64,000 bases of DNA from Amoeboaphelidium protococcarum X5. Taxonomy: Eukaryota; Fungi; Aphelidiomycota. The stretch's first letter is position 1, and each line of letters starts with the position of its first letter. The stretch spans positions 434,001 to 498,000 of the forward strand of contig JALDTO010000142.1 of NCBI GenBank assembly GCA_023515725.1. Reading direction: 5' to 3'. This document shows positions 62,685 through 64,000 of the stretch, in pieces. The notes under the pieces were generated by a model, which saw only the letters and a program-made list of their open reading frames with translations, had not been told where the DNA came from and ran no database searches. The translations under genes and the position numbers were made by a program.

Positions 62685-63293
62685 ATGGTGAAGGCTTGGT
62701 ACTTTGATAATTTTAATTCAACAGATAGGCGGCAGCCACACATTAAATTGGACGCTGATGGAAATGAAATGTTATTGGACATGCAGCAGGTGACAGCGCT
62801 ATCTCAAGTGACGCATCGAGTCATTAGAGTTGATAATGGCAGGGACGCTTTCGAGGCGGAGCTGAATTAATTTTGTGCTAAACACAACTATAAGAATAGA
62901 GATGAGATTTATGTGTCCAAAGAGAAGATGGGTCAGTTATATGAAGAGAAATGTCGTGTATTTTATGAAGAGCACATTCACGAGGATGATGAAATCAGAT
63001 TCATGTTGGAAGGTAGAGGCTACTTTGATGTACGCGACAAGAACGATGACTGGATTAGAATCATGGTTGAGGCTGGCGATCTGCTGATACTACCGGCCGG
63101 GATTTACCATAGATTCACTTTAGATCTAGATGACTTCATTCACGTTATTCGCGTATTCAAAGAGGAGCCTAAATGGACACCCATCAATCGTCCTCTTGCT
63201 GATGAAAATTGCTTCCGTTTAGAATATTTGAACGCTGTCGATGGCACTGTGTCTCAAGATTGGAGATTTACCACCAGTGCACCACTTGTTTGA
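62685..63293 (+). CDS. ADI1: Acireductone dioxygenase
   Basis: [47 protein letters not shown]; TAA 62868 read as Gln joins the two track ORFs. Confidence 0.96.
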
Positions 63294-63366
63294 TTAAGTG
63301 AGTGAAAGGCTATTAATAAAATTAGTATCGTATGTCGCGTTTCAATTTTTTATCTTGCACTTTACA

Positions 63367-64000
63367 ATGATGAAGATTTAAACTGAACATGGACCAGTTG
63401 AGTATGAGTCTCTTGATTATGGCTCATCTGAAATACGGGATCTATTGAATACTCTTCTGGTGGAGATAAGTCGCGCATACCAAACGTTATGGACAACGCG
63501 ACTTAATACTCCCACTTTAAATTTAGTTAAATAGCTTCATTTGAACGGTGAAAAATACAGTGGGCTGGCACTATAAAGATCGTGTAAATCTGAAATTGGA
63601 TTCGACTTGTACATTGACTGCGAAATTGTAGAAAGCCCACTTTACAACATGCACCGACTATACTACACTCGTCACTTAAAACATTTAACGCATCACGAAA
63701 TTTATCATGGTATTGAGGATATGTATGGAGACAGAGATGACATGAATAAGCAATGGATCAAAGAATTCGCATAAATACCTTCTGATGACAATAATGTTGA
63801 TAACAATGATGATGACGGTGGTTAAGATGGACCCGCAGCCAGTCAAGAGAATTTTGTTTCAGATTACGCGCGCGTTTCACCAGAAGAAGATCGAGCAGAA
63901 ACGTTTGCATTTATGATGATGACGATAATGGCTGTGAAGACTTTCAACTATGATGATTGCAGTAAGCATTCTAAAGATAGTCCAATTGTATTCAAAAAGA
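63367..64000 (+). CDS. HEXXH zinc metallopeptidase (Peptidase_Mx1/lethal-factor-like gluzincin), runs off the window end
   Basis: HLTHHEIYHGIE ... NFVSDYARVSPEEDRAETFAFMM. Confidence 0.8.

Noticed and set aside
1-63293. SAHH and ADI1 as a methionine-cycle gene cluster
   Set aside because: They are 62 kb apart with many unrelated genes in between
1-64000. Pervasive in-frame TAA/TAG as a sign of mass pseudogenisation or sequencing error
   Set aside because: They fall at conserved Gln positions in essential genes and frames stay intact, so this is a code change

Overview
Gene-dense eukaryotic (fungal-sister/opisthokont-like) nuclear DNA that uses a non-standard code: TAA and TAG encode Gln and TGA is the only stop. 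The supplied ORF track is therefore fragmented and misleading. The code, the fungal-like proteins and the compact, intron-poor layout best fit an aphelid such as Amoeboaphelidium protococcarum (inference, not verified). Re-reading with UAR=Gln gives about 39 protein genes. Recognisable ones include SAHH, an ECM4-type GST, RPS11, guanine deaminase, class I aldolase, NMD3, clathrin light chain, MSH1, U2A', RTC3, TRM44, TMEM135, a SUN protein, WSS1, CUL1 and ADI1. There are also nine short GT-AG introns that all end in GTAG, a decayed Ty3/gypsy element and a few decayed ORFs. The most notable leads are: (1) a LNEMELRDG..DT.P peptide shared, with synonymous divergence, between the SUN protein N-terminus and a nearby small orphan protein; (2) candidate secreted effectors hidden by the code, namely a signal-peptide F-box-like protein next to CUL1 and an NNCY/HWFR/WHKPG papain-like protein; (3) bacterial-type genes recoded into the host code (GTPase-DUF697, HEXXH peptidase); (4) a CUL1 start codon split by an intron; (5) a TRIM-like RING-Bbox-coiled-coil-UBL protein. 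All calls come from manual translation and motif recognition; no database searches were run.
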